Shown: piece after piece, positions 17,725-25,707 of the stretch
Layout: the number at the start of each line of letters is the position of its first letter
Numbering within the stretch: the first letter of the stretch is position 1
Assembly (NCBI RefSeq): GCF_900105015.1
Contig: NZ_FNLK01000006.1
Coordinates: forward strand, 1-32,000
DNA from: Schaalia meyeri
GTDB taxonomy: Bacteria > Actinomycetota > Actinomycetes > Actinomycetales > Actinomycetaceae
DNA length: 32,000 nt
Direction of reading: 5' to 3'
Position numbers and translations under genes: made by a program
The notes under the pieces: generated by a model
What the model saw: the letters and a program-made list of their open reading frames with translations, nothing else
The model's database searches: none
Told to the model about the DNA's origin: nothing

Positions 17725-19407
17725 ATGACGACACACGACGTCCTGCACGGGATCGGCGTCTCCGCTGGGACCGCTGCTGCTCCCGCCGCGATCGTTCAGC
17801 CCGCGCCCGGTGTCGACACGTCCGAGCCGGGTAGCGTTGACGCCGCCGCCGACGGTGGCCGCGTCAGAGAGGCGCTCGCGGCCGTTTCCGCTCGTCTGAG
17901 CGAACGCGTCGAGAGGGCGCCGGAAGAGACGAAGGCCGTCCTGAAGGCGACCGCCCAGCTCGCGGGCGACCGCGGCTTGGCGAAGGCCATCGACAAGAAG
18001 CTGAAGAAGGGCCTGGGGCTGACCCAGTCGGTTCAAGATGCCGTTGAGGACTACGCGCAGATGCTGCGTGGTCTCGGCGGCTACATGGCGGAGCGCGCGA
18101 CCGACCTGTACGACGTGCGCGACCGCGTGATTTGTGAGCTGCGCGGCCTGCCCGAGCCCGGCGTCCCCGCGTTCGACGGCCCCGTCGTCCTGGTGGCCCG
18201 CGATCTGGCGCCCGCTGAGACCGCGACGCTGGACCCGCGCACCGTCCTGGGGATCATCACCGAGGTCGGCGGGCCGACGTCGCACACGGCGATCTTGGCC
18301 GCCCAGCTGGGTATTCCCGCGATCGTGAAGGCTGTGGGCATCCTGGACGTTGCGGAAGGGACGATGCTGGCTATCGACGGTGGCGTCGGCGAGGTGATCG
18401 TCGCCCCCACCGACGAGGAGGTTGATCTGCTCAAGGAACGCTCGCGTCGCCGCGCGCTGGCCCTGGCAGGTTCGACCGGCGAAGGGGCCACTTACGATGG
18501 CTACCGCGTGAAGCTCCTGGCCAATATCGGCACGGTCGATGACGCCCTTAAAGCCTCGAAGTTCGACCTGGAGGGTTCCGGGCTGTTCCGCACGGAGTTC
18601 CTGTTCCTGGAGCGAGCGCAGGCCCCGTCCCTGGAGGAACAGACCGAGACGTACACGAAGGTCCTCCAGTCCTTTGGGTCGCGCCGCGTCGTCGTGCGCA
18701 CCCTGGATGCCGGTGCGGACAAGCCGCTGAGCTTCGCGGATCTTGGGGGCGAGGAGAACCCCGCCCTGGGGCGGCGTGGCCTGCGCCTGTGCCAGGTGCG
18801 TGAGGATCTCATCGACACACAGCTGCAGGCGCTCGCTGCCGCCCACCGGGCCACGGGTGCGGACCTGTGGGTCATGGCTCCCATGGTTGCCACGGCCGAC
18901 GAGGCGACGTGGTTCACGGACAAGGCGCGCGCCCTGGGCCTGCCCAAGGTCGGCATCATGATCGAGGTGCCCGCTGCGGCGCTGCGCGCCGAGCAGCTCC
19001 TGTCGATCGTCGACTTCGCATCCATCGGCACGAACGACCTGACGCAGTACACAATGGCGGCGGACCGCTTGGACGGCAACCTGGCGTCCCTCCTGGATCC
19101 CTGGCAGCCCGCGGTCCTCGAGATGATCCGCCACGCATGCAACGGCGGGCGCGCGACGGGCAAACCCATCGGCGTGTGCGGCGAGGCCGGCGGCGATCCC
19201 CTGCTGGCCCTGGTTCTCACCGGCCTGGGGGTGGCCTCCCTGTCGATGGCCCCGACGAAGGTCAACGCCGTTCGTGCGGCCCTGCGTATGCACGACCTGG
19301 CGACCTGCCAGCAGATGGCGGCCTTCGCGGTGGATGCGCCCAACGCGCAGGAGGGCCGAGAAAACGTCGTGAAGCTGGTGGCTCCGGCGATGCTGGATCT
19401 GCTCTGA
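17725..19407 (+). CDS. ptsI: Phosphoenolpyruvate--protein phosphotransferase (PTS Enzyme I)
   Basis: Phospho-His motif 'GGPTSHTAILAAQLGIPA' and PEP-utilising C-terminal domain 'SIGTNDLTQY'. 'aggag' lies 7 nt upstream, inside the ptsH 3' end. Confidence 0.95.
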   Translation: MTTHDVLHGIGVSAGTAAAPAAIVQPAPGVDTSEPGSVDAAADGGRVREALAAVSARLSERVERAPEETKAVLKATAQLAGDRGLAKAIDKKLKKGLGLTQSVQDAVEDYAQMLRGLGGYMAERATDLYDVRDRVICELRGLPEPGVPAFDGPVVLVARDLAPAETATLDPRTVLGIITEVGGPTSHTAILAAQLGIPAIVKAVGILDVAEGTMLAIDGGVGEVIVAPTDEEVDLLKERSRRRALALAGSTGEGATYDGYRVKLLANIGTVDDALKASKFDLEGSGLFRTEFLFLERAQAPSLEEQTETYTKVLQSFGSRRVVVRTLDAGADKPLSFADLGGEENPALGRRGLRLCQVREDLIDTQLQALAAAHRATGADLWVMAPMVATADEATWFTDKARALGLPKVGIMIEVPAAALRAEQLLSIVDFASIGTNDLTQYTMAADRLDGNLASLLDPWQPAVLEMIRHACNGGRATGKPIGVCGEAGGDPLLALVLTGLGVASLSMAPTKVNAVRAALRMHDLATCQQMAAFAVDAPNAQEGRENVVKLVAPAMLDLL

Positions 19408-19428
19408 TCAGGCGGCGCTGAGCCAAAC

Positions 19429-19464
19429 GGCGGGGGCGGGAACCAACAGGTTCCCGCCCCCGCC
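19429..19464. terminator. Bidirectional GC hairpin between convergent ptsI and the membrane-protein gene
   Basis: 'ggcgggggcgggaacc' (19429-19444), loop 'aaca', 'ggttcccgcccccgcc' (19449-19464): 16-bp perfect stem. Confidence 0.75.
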
Positions 19465-19489
19465 GCGCTGGGATTGAGGTGCGGATTCC

Positions 19490-20170
19490 TCAGCCCTCGC
19501 GGTTCGCGTTCGTTCCGCCCGCCGTGCCGTTCGCGCGCTTCTTCGAGTGACCCGAGAAGAGCGCAGTGAGGATCAGGACGATTCCCAGGGCGGCAATCGC
19601 GCCGATCCCGAGGAGCGGCAGGTTGAAGGACGGTATAAAGGCCTCGGCGATGAGGAAGAGGCCAACCATGCAGACCAGGCAGGCCCACACGAAAGTGCCG
19701 ACTCTCACGCCTCTGCTGGGGGCCTCGGGCAGCGTTCGCATGTCGATCGGGCCGCGCTGTGCGCTCCACGTCGGCTCTCCATTGCCACCCGCAGGACCCT
19801 GACCGCCGAGGCCCGCTCCTGCATCGCGGGGTGGCGGCGTCGATTCGCCCGTGGAGGCGGGGTCAAACGCCGTGCGCGTGGAACCTAGGGGAGTGGAATT
19901 GGGAGCCGCCTGCGTTGGCGAGCCCGCCTCACCCTGCCTGCCCGCCGCGCCCGAAGCGTCAGCGTCTGTCCGAAAGGGATCTGAGGGCATCTGGGTGGTC
20001 GGGGCTTCGCGGAATATCGCCAGCGGATCCGAGGACAGGCCAGGATCCGAGGTAGGCATCTCCCGCGTCGCATCCTGCGAGGCTCCCACGCTCGGCGCGG
20101 GGGCAGCGGGAGACGTGGCCGCCTTCGATTCGGGGAGCTGAGTGGTCGCGTCGTCGTTAGAGGTAGTCAT
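19490..20170 (-). CDS. Hypothetical membrane protein: long Pro/Ser/Thr/Ala-rich, probably disordered N-terminus plus two C-terminal TM helices
   Basis: ATG at 20170 with 'aaggag' 7 nt upstream, 11 nt after the stop of the PspC-domain gene. The C-terminus is 'VGTFVWACLVCMVGLFLIAEAF...LLGIGAIAALGIVLILTALF'. I recognise no family. Confidence 0.65.
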   Translation of the reverse strand: MTTSNDDATTQLPESKAATSPAAPAPSVGASQDATREMPTSDPGLSSDPLAIFREAPTTQMPSDPFRTDADASGAAGRQGEAGSPTQAAPNSTPLGSTRTAFDPASTGESTPPPRDAGAGLGGQGPAGGNGEPTWSAQRGPIDMRTLPEAPSRGVRVGTFVWACLVCMVGLFLIAEAFIPSFNLPLLGIGAIAALGIVLILTALFSGHSKKRANGTAGGTNANREG

Positions 20171-20181
20171 GTTCGTACTCC

Positions 20182-21861
20182 TTAGTTGCCCGACTGAGAG
20201 GCGTCGGAGGGGGGTGCGGAGGGGGACGCGCTGGGGGTGGTCGAGGGGCTTGACGTCGACGGGGTGGAACCCCACGTGTTCGACGTATCCGGCGACTGCA
20301 TGACGCTCAGCGTATCGAGGGTCGCGCTGTCGTCGATCAGGATGGTGATCCCTCCGAGCGCGGAGTTCCCCCACGAGGGGGAAGACGCCCTCGTCCCTTC
20401 CGAGCACATCCTGATGGGAGCCACCCAGCCGTCATCCTTCATGTTCGTGGAAACTGAGCCGATATCCGACTTGCAGACGATCTGTATGGGTTGGCCCTCC
20501 GTGATCAGGATGCTCAGATTGGACCAGGCACGCCATCCGACGGTGATCGTCTTGGTGGTTCCCACGGGCGCCCCTCTCAGGTCGAGCGTGGTGCTTCCCG
20601 TCGGGTTGCCACCTTGCACGGAATCGGTCTTCCAATCGAGCGTCGTGTTCGCGGAGGTGCCCGGCAGCGAAGGCCCCGCTTGGGTGATGCGCTCGTGGGC
20701 GGCCTCTGTGCCGATTGCCGCCGTGGGCAGTGCGAGGATCATGCCGATGATGGACAGGGTCATCAGCCAGCCGGCGCTGCGGTCGCGCAGGGCGGCGATC
20801 GCCAGGGAGAAGCCGACGATGAGCAGGCACACGCCCCCGCCGATCACGATGATGCGCGAGTGCGTTTGGGTGATGTCCGCCCCCGCCACGAAGGGGATCG
20901 TGTGGCCTTCGCTGGCCACGTACATGGCCCCAAACACGGCGGCGAACACCAGGATGATCAGGCCCGTGATCGCCAGGTTCACGCGGGAGGACACCGTGCG
21001 CGGCCGGTGCGTCGGCGCGGGCGGGGCATTCCAGGTACGAGGCCTGGGCGCGCTCGCGGGAGGAGGGGTCCAGCCGGGGTGGGGCTGGGAGGGGGACGCC
21101 GGGCCGCCCCCGGCCTGCTGGCTGTACACCCCCGCGGGGGAGGTGGCAAAAGAGGCGCCGTGGGAGGGCAATCCCCCGGCCGCGTTCGTGGGCTGGCCTC
21201 CCGGTGCGGGTGTTTCCCTATTCCTCGCGGTTGAGGCCCCCTGCCCAAAAGGGCCGGATGCTCCCCCCTGGGGGCCGGCACCGGGCGTGCCGTACTGCGG
21301 GGTCCCGTACTGCGGATTGCCGTACTGGGGGTTTCCATACTGGGGGGTGCCGTACCGCGGGTTGGTCGGACCGGGCATCGGCGCGCCCTGGGGGTTCTTG
21401 GCACGGGCGGCGGCCGCTGCGGCGATGCACACGCCCACAATGACCAGGGTCGTAAACGCCCCCCACCCGAGGGCGAAACCGCCGAAGATGCTGACCGATG
21501 GGACCACGGAGGACAAGCCCACGACGGCCATGAAGACGCCACCGAGGAAGGCGATATCGAAGCGCCCCTGGGTGGTTTCTTCCGCGTGGATGCGACCGTC
21601 GGCGGCCTCGGGCAGGAAGAGCCACGCCAGGGAGTAGGCGACAAGCACGACGGGCGCGAAGAAAGCTGCCAGAACGGTGAGCACACGTATGAGCGACAGG
21701 TCCCATCCGGTGCGCGCCGCGACGCCCGAGCACACGCCGCCAATCACGCGCGGGTACGCACGGTACCAACCCGAATTGCGTAGGGAGTCGAAGAAACCGC
21801 CGTGGGGCGAACGCTGCTGGTACGCCCCGTTGGGGTCCGAAGGACCGTTCGACCAACTCAT
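20182..21861 (-). CDS. PspC domain-containing membrane protein with a LiaF-like C-terminal beta-rich domain
   Basis: N-terminal PspC motif 'RAYPRVIGGVCSGVAARTGWDLSLIRVLTVLAAFF', several TM segments, a Pro/Gly/Gln/Tyr repeat linker, and a C-terminal domain ('TLDLRGAPVGTTKTITVGW...ILITEG') that resembles LiaF/DUF2154-type domains as far as I recall. ATG at 21861 with 'aaagga' upstream. Confidence 0.8.
   Translation of the reverse strand: MSWSNGPSDPNGAYQQRSPHGGFFDSLRNSGWYRAYPRVIGGVCSGVAARTGWDLSLIRVLTVLAAFFAPVVLVAYSLAWLFLPEAADGRIHAEETTQGRFDIAFLGGVFMAVVGLSSVVPSVSIFGGFALGWGAFTTLVIVGVCIAAAAAARAKNPQGAPMPGPTNPRYGTPQYGNPQYGNPQYGTPQYGTPGAGPQGGASGPFGQGASTARNRETPAPGGQPTNAAGGLPSHGASFATSPAGVYSQQAGGGPASPSQPHPGWTPPPASAPRPRTWNAPPAPTHRPRTVSSRVNLAITGLIILVFAAVFGAMYVASEGHTIPFVAGADITQTHSRIIVIGGGVCLLIVGFSLAIAALRDRSAGWLMTLSIIGMILALPTAAIGTEAAHERITQAGPSLPGTSANTTLDWKTDSVQGGNPTGSTTLDLRGAPVGTTKTITVGWRAWSNLSILITEGQPIQIVCKSDIGSVSTNMKDDGWVAPIRMCSEGTRASSPSWGNSALGGITILIDDSATLDTLSVMQSPDTSNTWGSTPSTSSPSTTPSASPSAPPSDASQSGN
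21287..21361 (-). repeat. Five in-frame 15-bp tandem repeats encoding P-(Q/R)-Y-G-(T/N) inside the PspC-domain gene
   Basis: Plus-strand units: gtgccgtactgcggg / gtcccgtactgcgga / ttgccgtactggggg / tttccatactggggg / gtgccgtaccgcggg. The protein reads 'NPRYGTPQYGNPQYGNPQYGTPQYGTPG'. Confidence 0.85.
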
Positions 21862-21881
21862 GGTGCACATCCTTTCGATGG

Positions 21882-21900
21882 GATCCGCGGTGTGCGGATC
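21882..21900. promoter_or_regulatory. 7-5-7 perfect palindrome in the divergent promoter region of the PspC module (candidate response-regulator operator)
   Basis: 'gatccgc-ggtgt-gcggatc' lies 21-39 nt upstream of the preferred start (21861) of the PspC-LiaF-like gene, in the 156-bp region shared with the kinase operon. Confidence 0.35.
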
Positions 21901-22017
21901 GATACCACTACTCAATCAAAGGGGGAGGCTTTCGCGATAGTAGGGGACCCCCTGAACGCCCCCTGATTGTGTTCGGGGTAGCCCGGGACCACCCGCACGA
22001 CGTGCGACAATAGGAGG

Positions 22018-23307
22018 GTGAGCAGACCTGACTACCCCCGGCCGGGGTGGACGCCGCCCATCCCGGCACCCCCCGTTCGGCCTCCGCTCGTGCGCGCGAC
22101 CTCCTTCAGCCCGGACATGCCGACCCCCTGGATGGGCGGCGTGTGCTCGGGGTTGGCCGTGCACCTGGGGGTGCCCGTCCTGCTGATGCGCGCCGCGCTC
22201 ACAGCCCTTTCCGTCATCGGCGTCGGTATCATTGCGTACCTGTGGCTGTGGGTGACGGTCCCTGAGGACGCGCCCGAGGCAACCGGATCGGACACGCTGA
22301 GCCCCGGCCTCGTCCGCCTGCGCGAGGAGCGCGCCGCGCAGGTATCGCGCAACCGGCTGATCGCCACCGGAGTGGCCCTGTTGGTTGCCGCCTTCGTGGG
22401 CGTCATCTTGAACGCGTCCGGAACGATCGACTGGCGCGATATTGGAGCCGTCATGACGATCGTCACCGGCATCGCCCTGGTGTGGAGCCAGAGCCGACAG
22501 GTGCGCAACTGGCGTTCCATCCGCTTCATCGGCGCCGTCGTCGGTGGGATCGGCCTGCTCAGCCTGGGCGTCGTCATGGTCGCATCGCGGGACAACCCGC
22601 TGATCATCCTGCTTCGCGGCGGGCTCATCGGGGCCGCCCTGGTTGCCGGCATCCTTTTCGCGCTGATCCCCATGTGGCTGCGCACCACGAAGGAGCTTTC
22701 TGAATCGGAGGCCCAACGCGTGCGCGAATCCGAGCGCGCCGACATCGCCGCACACCTGCACGATTCCGTCCTGCAGACCCTCACCCTTATTCGCGCCTCC
22801 GCGGAAGACCCCACGCGCGTGCGGGCGATCGCCCTCACCGAGGAACGCGAGCTGCGCGCATGGCTCTACACCGGCCATGCCCAGGCCGCCGACTCCCTCG
22901 AAGCCGCGGTGACGGAGGCCGTCGTGGGCGTCGAAAGCCGGTACGGCGTTCCCATCAGCGTCGTCGTGGTCGGCGACATGCGGCCCGGCCCCGGGGAACT
23001 GGCGCTGGTGGCGGCCCTGGCGGAGGCGTGTCAAAACGCCGTTAGACACGGTGCCCCACCCGTCTCCGTGTACGTCGAGGTGCGTCCCCGCGTCGTCGAG
23101 GCCTTCGTCAAGGACAACGGAAAGGGATTCGACCCCGCCCTCATTGCGCCCGACCGACACGGCGTGCGGGACTCGATCCTGGGGCGCATGCGGCGCGCCG
23201 GTGGCGAAGGGTCGATCCATTCGCGCTCACGCGGCACCGAAATCGCCCTGAGCATGCCCCGTTCCGATATCCTGGGAGAAACAGCGCCCAACGGGAGGAC
23301 ACAGTGA
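22018..23307 (+). CDS. Sensor histidine kinase (HisKA_3/LiaS-like) with an N-terminal PspC domain
   Basis: PspC-like 'WMGGVCSGLAVHLGVPVLLMRAALTALSVIGVGIIAYLWLWV', TM segments, H-box 'ERADIAAHLHDSVLQTL', then a C-terminal ATPase region. The start is uncertain because GTG 22018 abuts 'aggagg'; GTG 22090 or ATG 22117 are alternatives. Confidence 0.85.
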   Translation: MSRPDYPRPGWTPPIPAPPVRPPLVRATSFSPDMPTPWMGGVCSGLAVHLGVPVLLMRAALTALSVIGVGIIAYLWLWVTVPEDAPEATGSDTLSPGLVRLREERAAQVSRNRLIATGVALLVAAFVGVILNASGTIDWRDIGAVMTIVTGIALVWSQSRQVRNWRSIRFIGAVVGGIGLLSLGVVMVASRDNPLIILLRGGLIGAALVAGILFALIPMWLRTTKELSESEAQRVRESERADIAAHLHDSVLQTLTLIRASAEDPTRVRAIALTEERELRAWLYTGHAQAADSLEAAVTEAVVGVESRYGVPISVVVVGDMRPGPGELALVAALAEACQNAVRHGAPPVSVYVEVRPRVVEAFVKDNGKGFDPALIAPDRHGVRDSILGRMRRAGGEGSIHSRSRGTEIALSMPRSDILGETAPNGRTQ

Positions 23308-23954
23308 CCATCCGCATCCTCGTCATCGACGATCACCCCATGGTTCGCGCGGGGGTACGAGCCGAGCTCGAAAACTCCGGGGCCGACCTGGAAATCGTTG
23401 GGGACGCCTCCGACGTCGAGGGCGCCATCGCCGCGTGCCGCGCCCTCACTCCCGACGTCGCCCTCCTTGACGTGCACCTGCCCGGAGGCAACGGCGGTGG
23501 CGGGGCCGAGGTGGCCAGCTCGTGCCGCGACATCGAGGGGCTTAACTTCCTGGCCCTGTCCGTCTCGGATTCCGCCGAGGACGTGGTTCAGGTGATCCGC
23601 GCGGGCGCTCGCGGATACGTCACCAAGTCGATCTCCACCCCGGACCTGGTTGAGGCCATCGGCCGCGTGGCCGCCGGGGACGCCGCCTTCAGCCCGCGCC
23701 TGGCCGGTTTCGTCCTGGATGCCTTCGGCACCGGCGAGGTCTCCACGACCGACACCGAACTGGATCTGCTCTCCGCCCGCGAGCAGGAGGTGATGCGGCT
23801 CATTGCCCGTGGTTACACGTACAAGGAGGTCGCCCACGACCTGTATATCTCGATCAAGACGGTCGAAACCCACGTCAGCGCTGTCCTGCGTAAGCTCCAG
23901 CTGTCCAATCGGAACGAGCTGACGCGCTGGGCCATGCAGCGCCATATCGTGTGA
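23304..23954 (+). CDS. LuxR/NarL-family response regulator (LiaR-like)
   Basis: Receiver 'IRILVIDDHPMVRAG...ALLDVHLPG' and HTH 'LSAREQEVMRLIARGYTYKEVAHDLYISIKTVETHVSAVLRKL'. GTGA start/stop overlap with the kinase gene. Confidence 0.92.
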   Translation: MTIRILVIDDHPMVRAGVRAELENSGADLEIVGDASDVEGAIAACRALTPDVALLDVHLPGGNGGGGAEVASSCRDIEGLNFLALSVSDSAEDVVQVIRAGARGYVTKSISTPDLVEAIGRVAAGDAAFSPRLAGFVLDAFGTGEVSTTDTELDLLSAREQEVMRLIARGYTYKEVAHDLYISIKTVETHVSAVLRKLQLSNRNELTRWAMQRHIV

Positions 23955-24085
23955 GGTCGAACCAGCTTTGCACGCTCACCCGGAATGGCTGGAGCGCGCG
24001 TGCCTACAATGGAACCCCGAGAGCGTGAAAGCGCCTGGCCGCTCCCCGCGGGTGGCCCCATTGAAACCGCGACCTCGGAGGATGC

Positions 24086-25576
24086 ATGCACCGCATCGGT
24101 TTTGACAGTGATACTTACGTTGAGATGCAGTCTCGACACATTGCCAGGCGGCGCAGAGAGTTCGGCGGCAAGCTGTATTTGGAGTTCGGCGGCAAGCTGA
24201 TCGACGACATGCACGCCTCGCGCGTGCTCCCCGGTTTTACACCCGACAACAAGGTGCGCATGCTGCGTGAGTTGGCCGACGAGGTAGAGATTATCGTCGC
24301 CGTCAACGCCAAGGATTTCGCGCGCCGTAAGATTCGCGCCGACGTGGGCACCACCTACGACGACGAGGTGCTGCGCCAGATCGACGAGTTCCGCGAGCGC
24401 GGGCTGTACGTCGGTTCCGTCGTCATCACGCAGTGGACCGACGAGAACCGGGCGGCCCTGGAGGTCAAGGAGCGTTTCGAGAAGCTCGGGATTCGCGTGT
24501 ATCGTCACTTCCCGATCCCCGGGTATCCCTCCGACGTGGAGCGCATTGTGTCGAGCAAGGGGTATGGAGCCAACGAGTACGTGGAGACCAGCCGCAATCT
24601 GATCGTCGTTACCGCCCCCGGGCCGGGTTCTGGCAAGATGGCGACCTGCCTGTCGCAGCTGTACCACGACCACGTGCGTGGCATCGAGTCCGGGTACGCG
24701 AAGTGGGAGACGTTCCCGATCTGGAACATTGCGTTGGATCACCCGGTGAATATCGCGTACGAGGCGGCCACAGCCGACCTCGATGATGTCAACATGATCG
24801 ATCCCTTCCACCTGGAGGCCTACGGGGTGAAGACGGTGAACTACAACCGGGACGTGGAGATCTTCCCGGTGTTGGGGCGCCTGTTCGAAAAGATCCTGGG
24901 TGCTTCGCCGTACAAGAGCCCCACGGACATGGGCGTGAACATGGCGGGTCACTGCATCGTCGACGACGAGGCCTGCGTGGAGGCGTCGCGTCAGGAGATC
25001 ATTCGGCGCTACTACAAGGCTCTCGTGACCGAGAAGAAGGAGATGAGCGAACCGATTCAGTCGGGCCGTATCTCCTTGCTCATGGGCAGGGTCGGGGTCG
25101 GACGAATGGACCGTCCCGTCGTTCGCCCGGCCCTCTTGTTGGCCGAGGCCACGGGCGAGCCCGCCGCGGCGATCGAGTTGCCTGACGGCCAGATCGTCAC
25201 GGGTAAGACCTCCGCCCTGCTGGGGTGCTCGTCGGCGATGCTGCTTAATGCGCTGAAGAAGCTGGCGGGGATTCCAGACGACGTGAAGGTCCTGGCGCCG
25301 CAGTCGATCGAGCCGATCCAGCGGCTCAAGACCGCCGACCTGGGATCGCGCAACCCCCGTCTGCACACTGACGAGGTTCTGATCGCCCTGGCCGTCAGTG
25401 CTAACGGCGACGATAACGCCCGCCGCGCGCTGGATAAGCTGAGCGCCCTGCGTGGGTGCGACGTGCATGAGTCGGTCATCTTGGGCCCGGTGGACGAGGG
25501 GATCTTCCGTTCCCTGGGCATCCAGGTGACGACCGAGCCGGTGTACGCGACGAAGTCCCTGTATCGCAAGAAGTAA
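24086..25576 (+). CDS. DUF1846 / UPF0371 family protein (function unknown)
   Basis: The N-terminus '[57 protein letters not shown]' matches my memory of the UPF0371 family signature, and the ~496-aa length is typical. 'tacaat' (24004-24009) is a possible -10. Confidence 0.85.
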   Translation: MHRIGFDSDTYVEMQSRHIARRRREFGGKLYLEFGGKLIDDMHASRVLPGFTPDNKVRMLRELADEVEIIVAVNAKDFARRKIRADVGTTYDDEVLRQIDEFRERGLYVGSVVITQWTDENRAALEVKERFEKLGIRVYRHFPIPGYPSDVERIVSSKGYGANEYVETSRNLIVVTAPGPGSGKMATCLSQLYHDHVRGIESGYAKWETFPIWNIALDHPVNIAYEAATADLDDVNMIDPFHLEAYGVKTVNYNRDVEIFPVLGRLFEKILGASPYKSPTDMGVNMAGHCIVDDEACVEASRQEIIRRYYKALVTEKKEMSEPIQSGRISLLMGRVGVGRMDRPVVRPALLLAEATGEPAAAIELPDGQIVTGKTSALLGCSSAMLLNALKKLAGIPDDVKVLAPQSIEPIQRLKTADLGSRNPRLHTDEVLIALAVSANGDDNARRALDKLSALRGCDVHESVILGPVDEGIFRSLGIQVTTEPVYATKSLYRKK

Positions 25577-25707
25577 CGGGCTGAGCCGGGCTGTTCCCGC
25601 CCGCGAGGGGTGCGTGGGGAGGACCCGGCCCGGTCGCGCGCCGCGTGGTTGGCGCCACCTCGGGCGGGGCGGGCAGGTGTGGGCGGGTCGGTCTACCCTT
25701 GGAAGCG

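Noticed and set aside
17635-19769. Minus-strand ORFs 17635..19293 (552 aa) and 18501..19769 (422 aa).
   Set aside because: They are antisense to ptsI and run through the strong bidirectional terminator at 19429-19464. They are shadow frames.
20237-23220. ORFs 20237..21637 (+) 466 aa, 21916..23220 (-) 434 aa and 20979..21743 (-) 254 aa.
   Set aside because: They are antisense or off-frame to the PspC-domain gene and the histidine kinase, both of which have clear domain signatures in the chosen frames.
25662-25687. G-quadruplex-type motif (GGG-C-GGGG-C-GGG-CAGGTGT-GGG-C-GGG) about 20 nt upstream of the pcrA start.
   Set aside because: It fits the G3+N1-7 pattern, but G-runs of this kind are expected frequently at this GC content. 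There is no supporting asymmetry or conservation that I can assess, so I do not report it as a finding.
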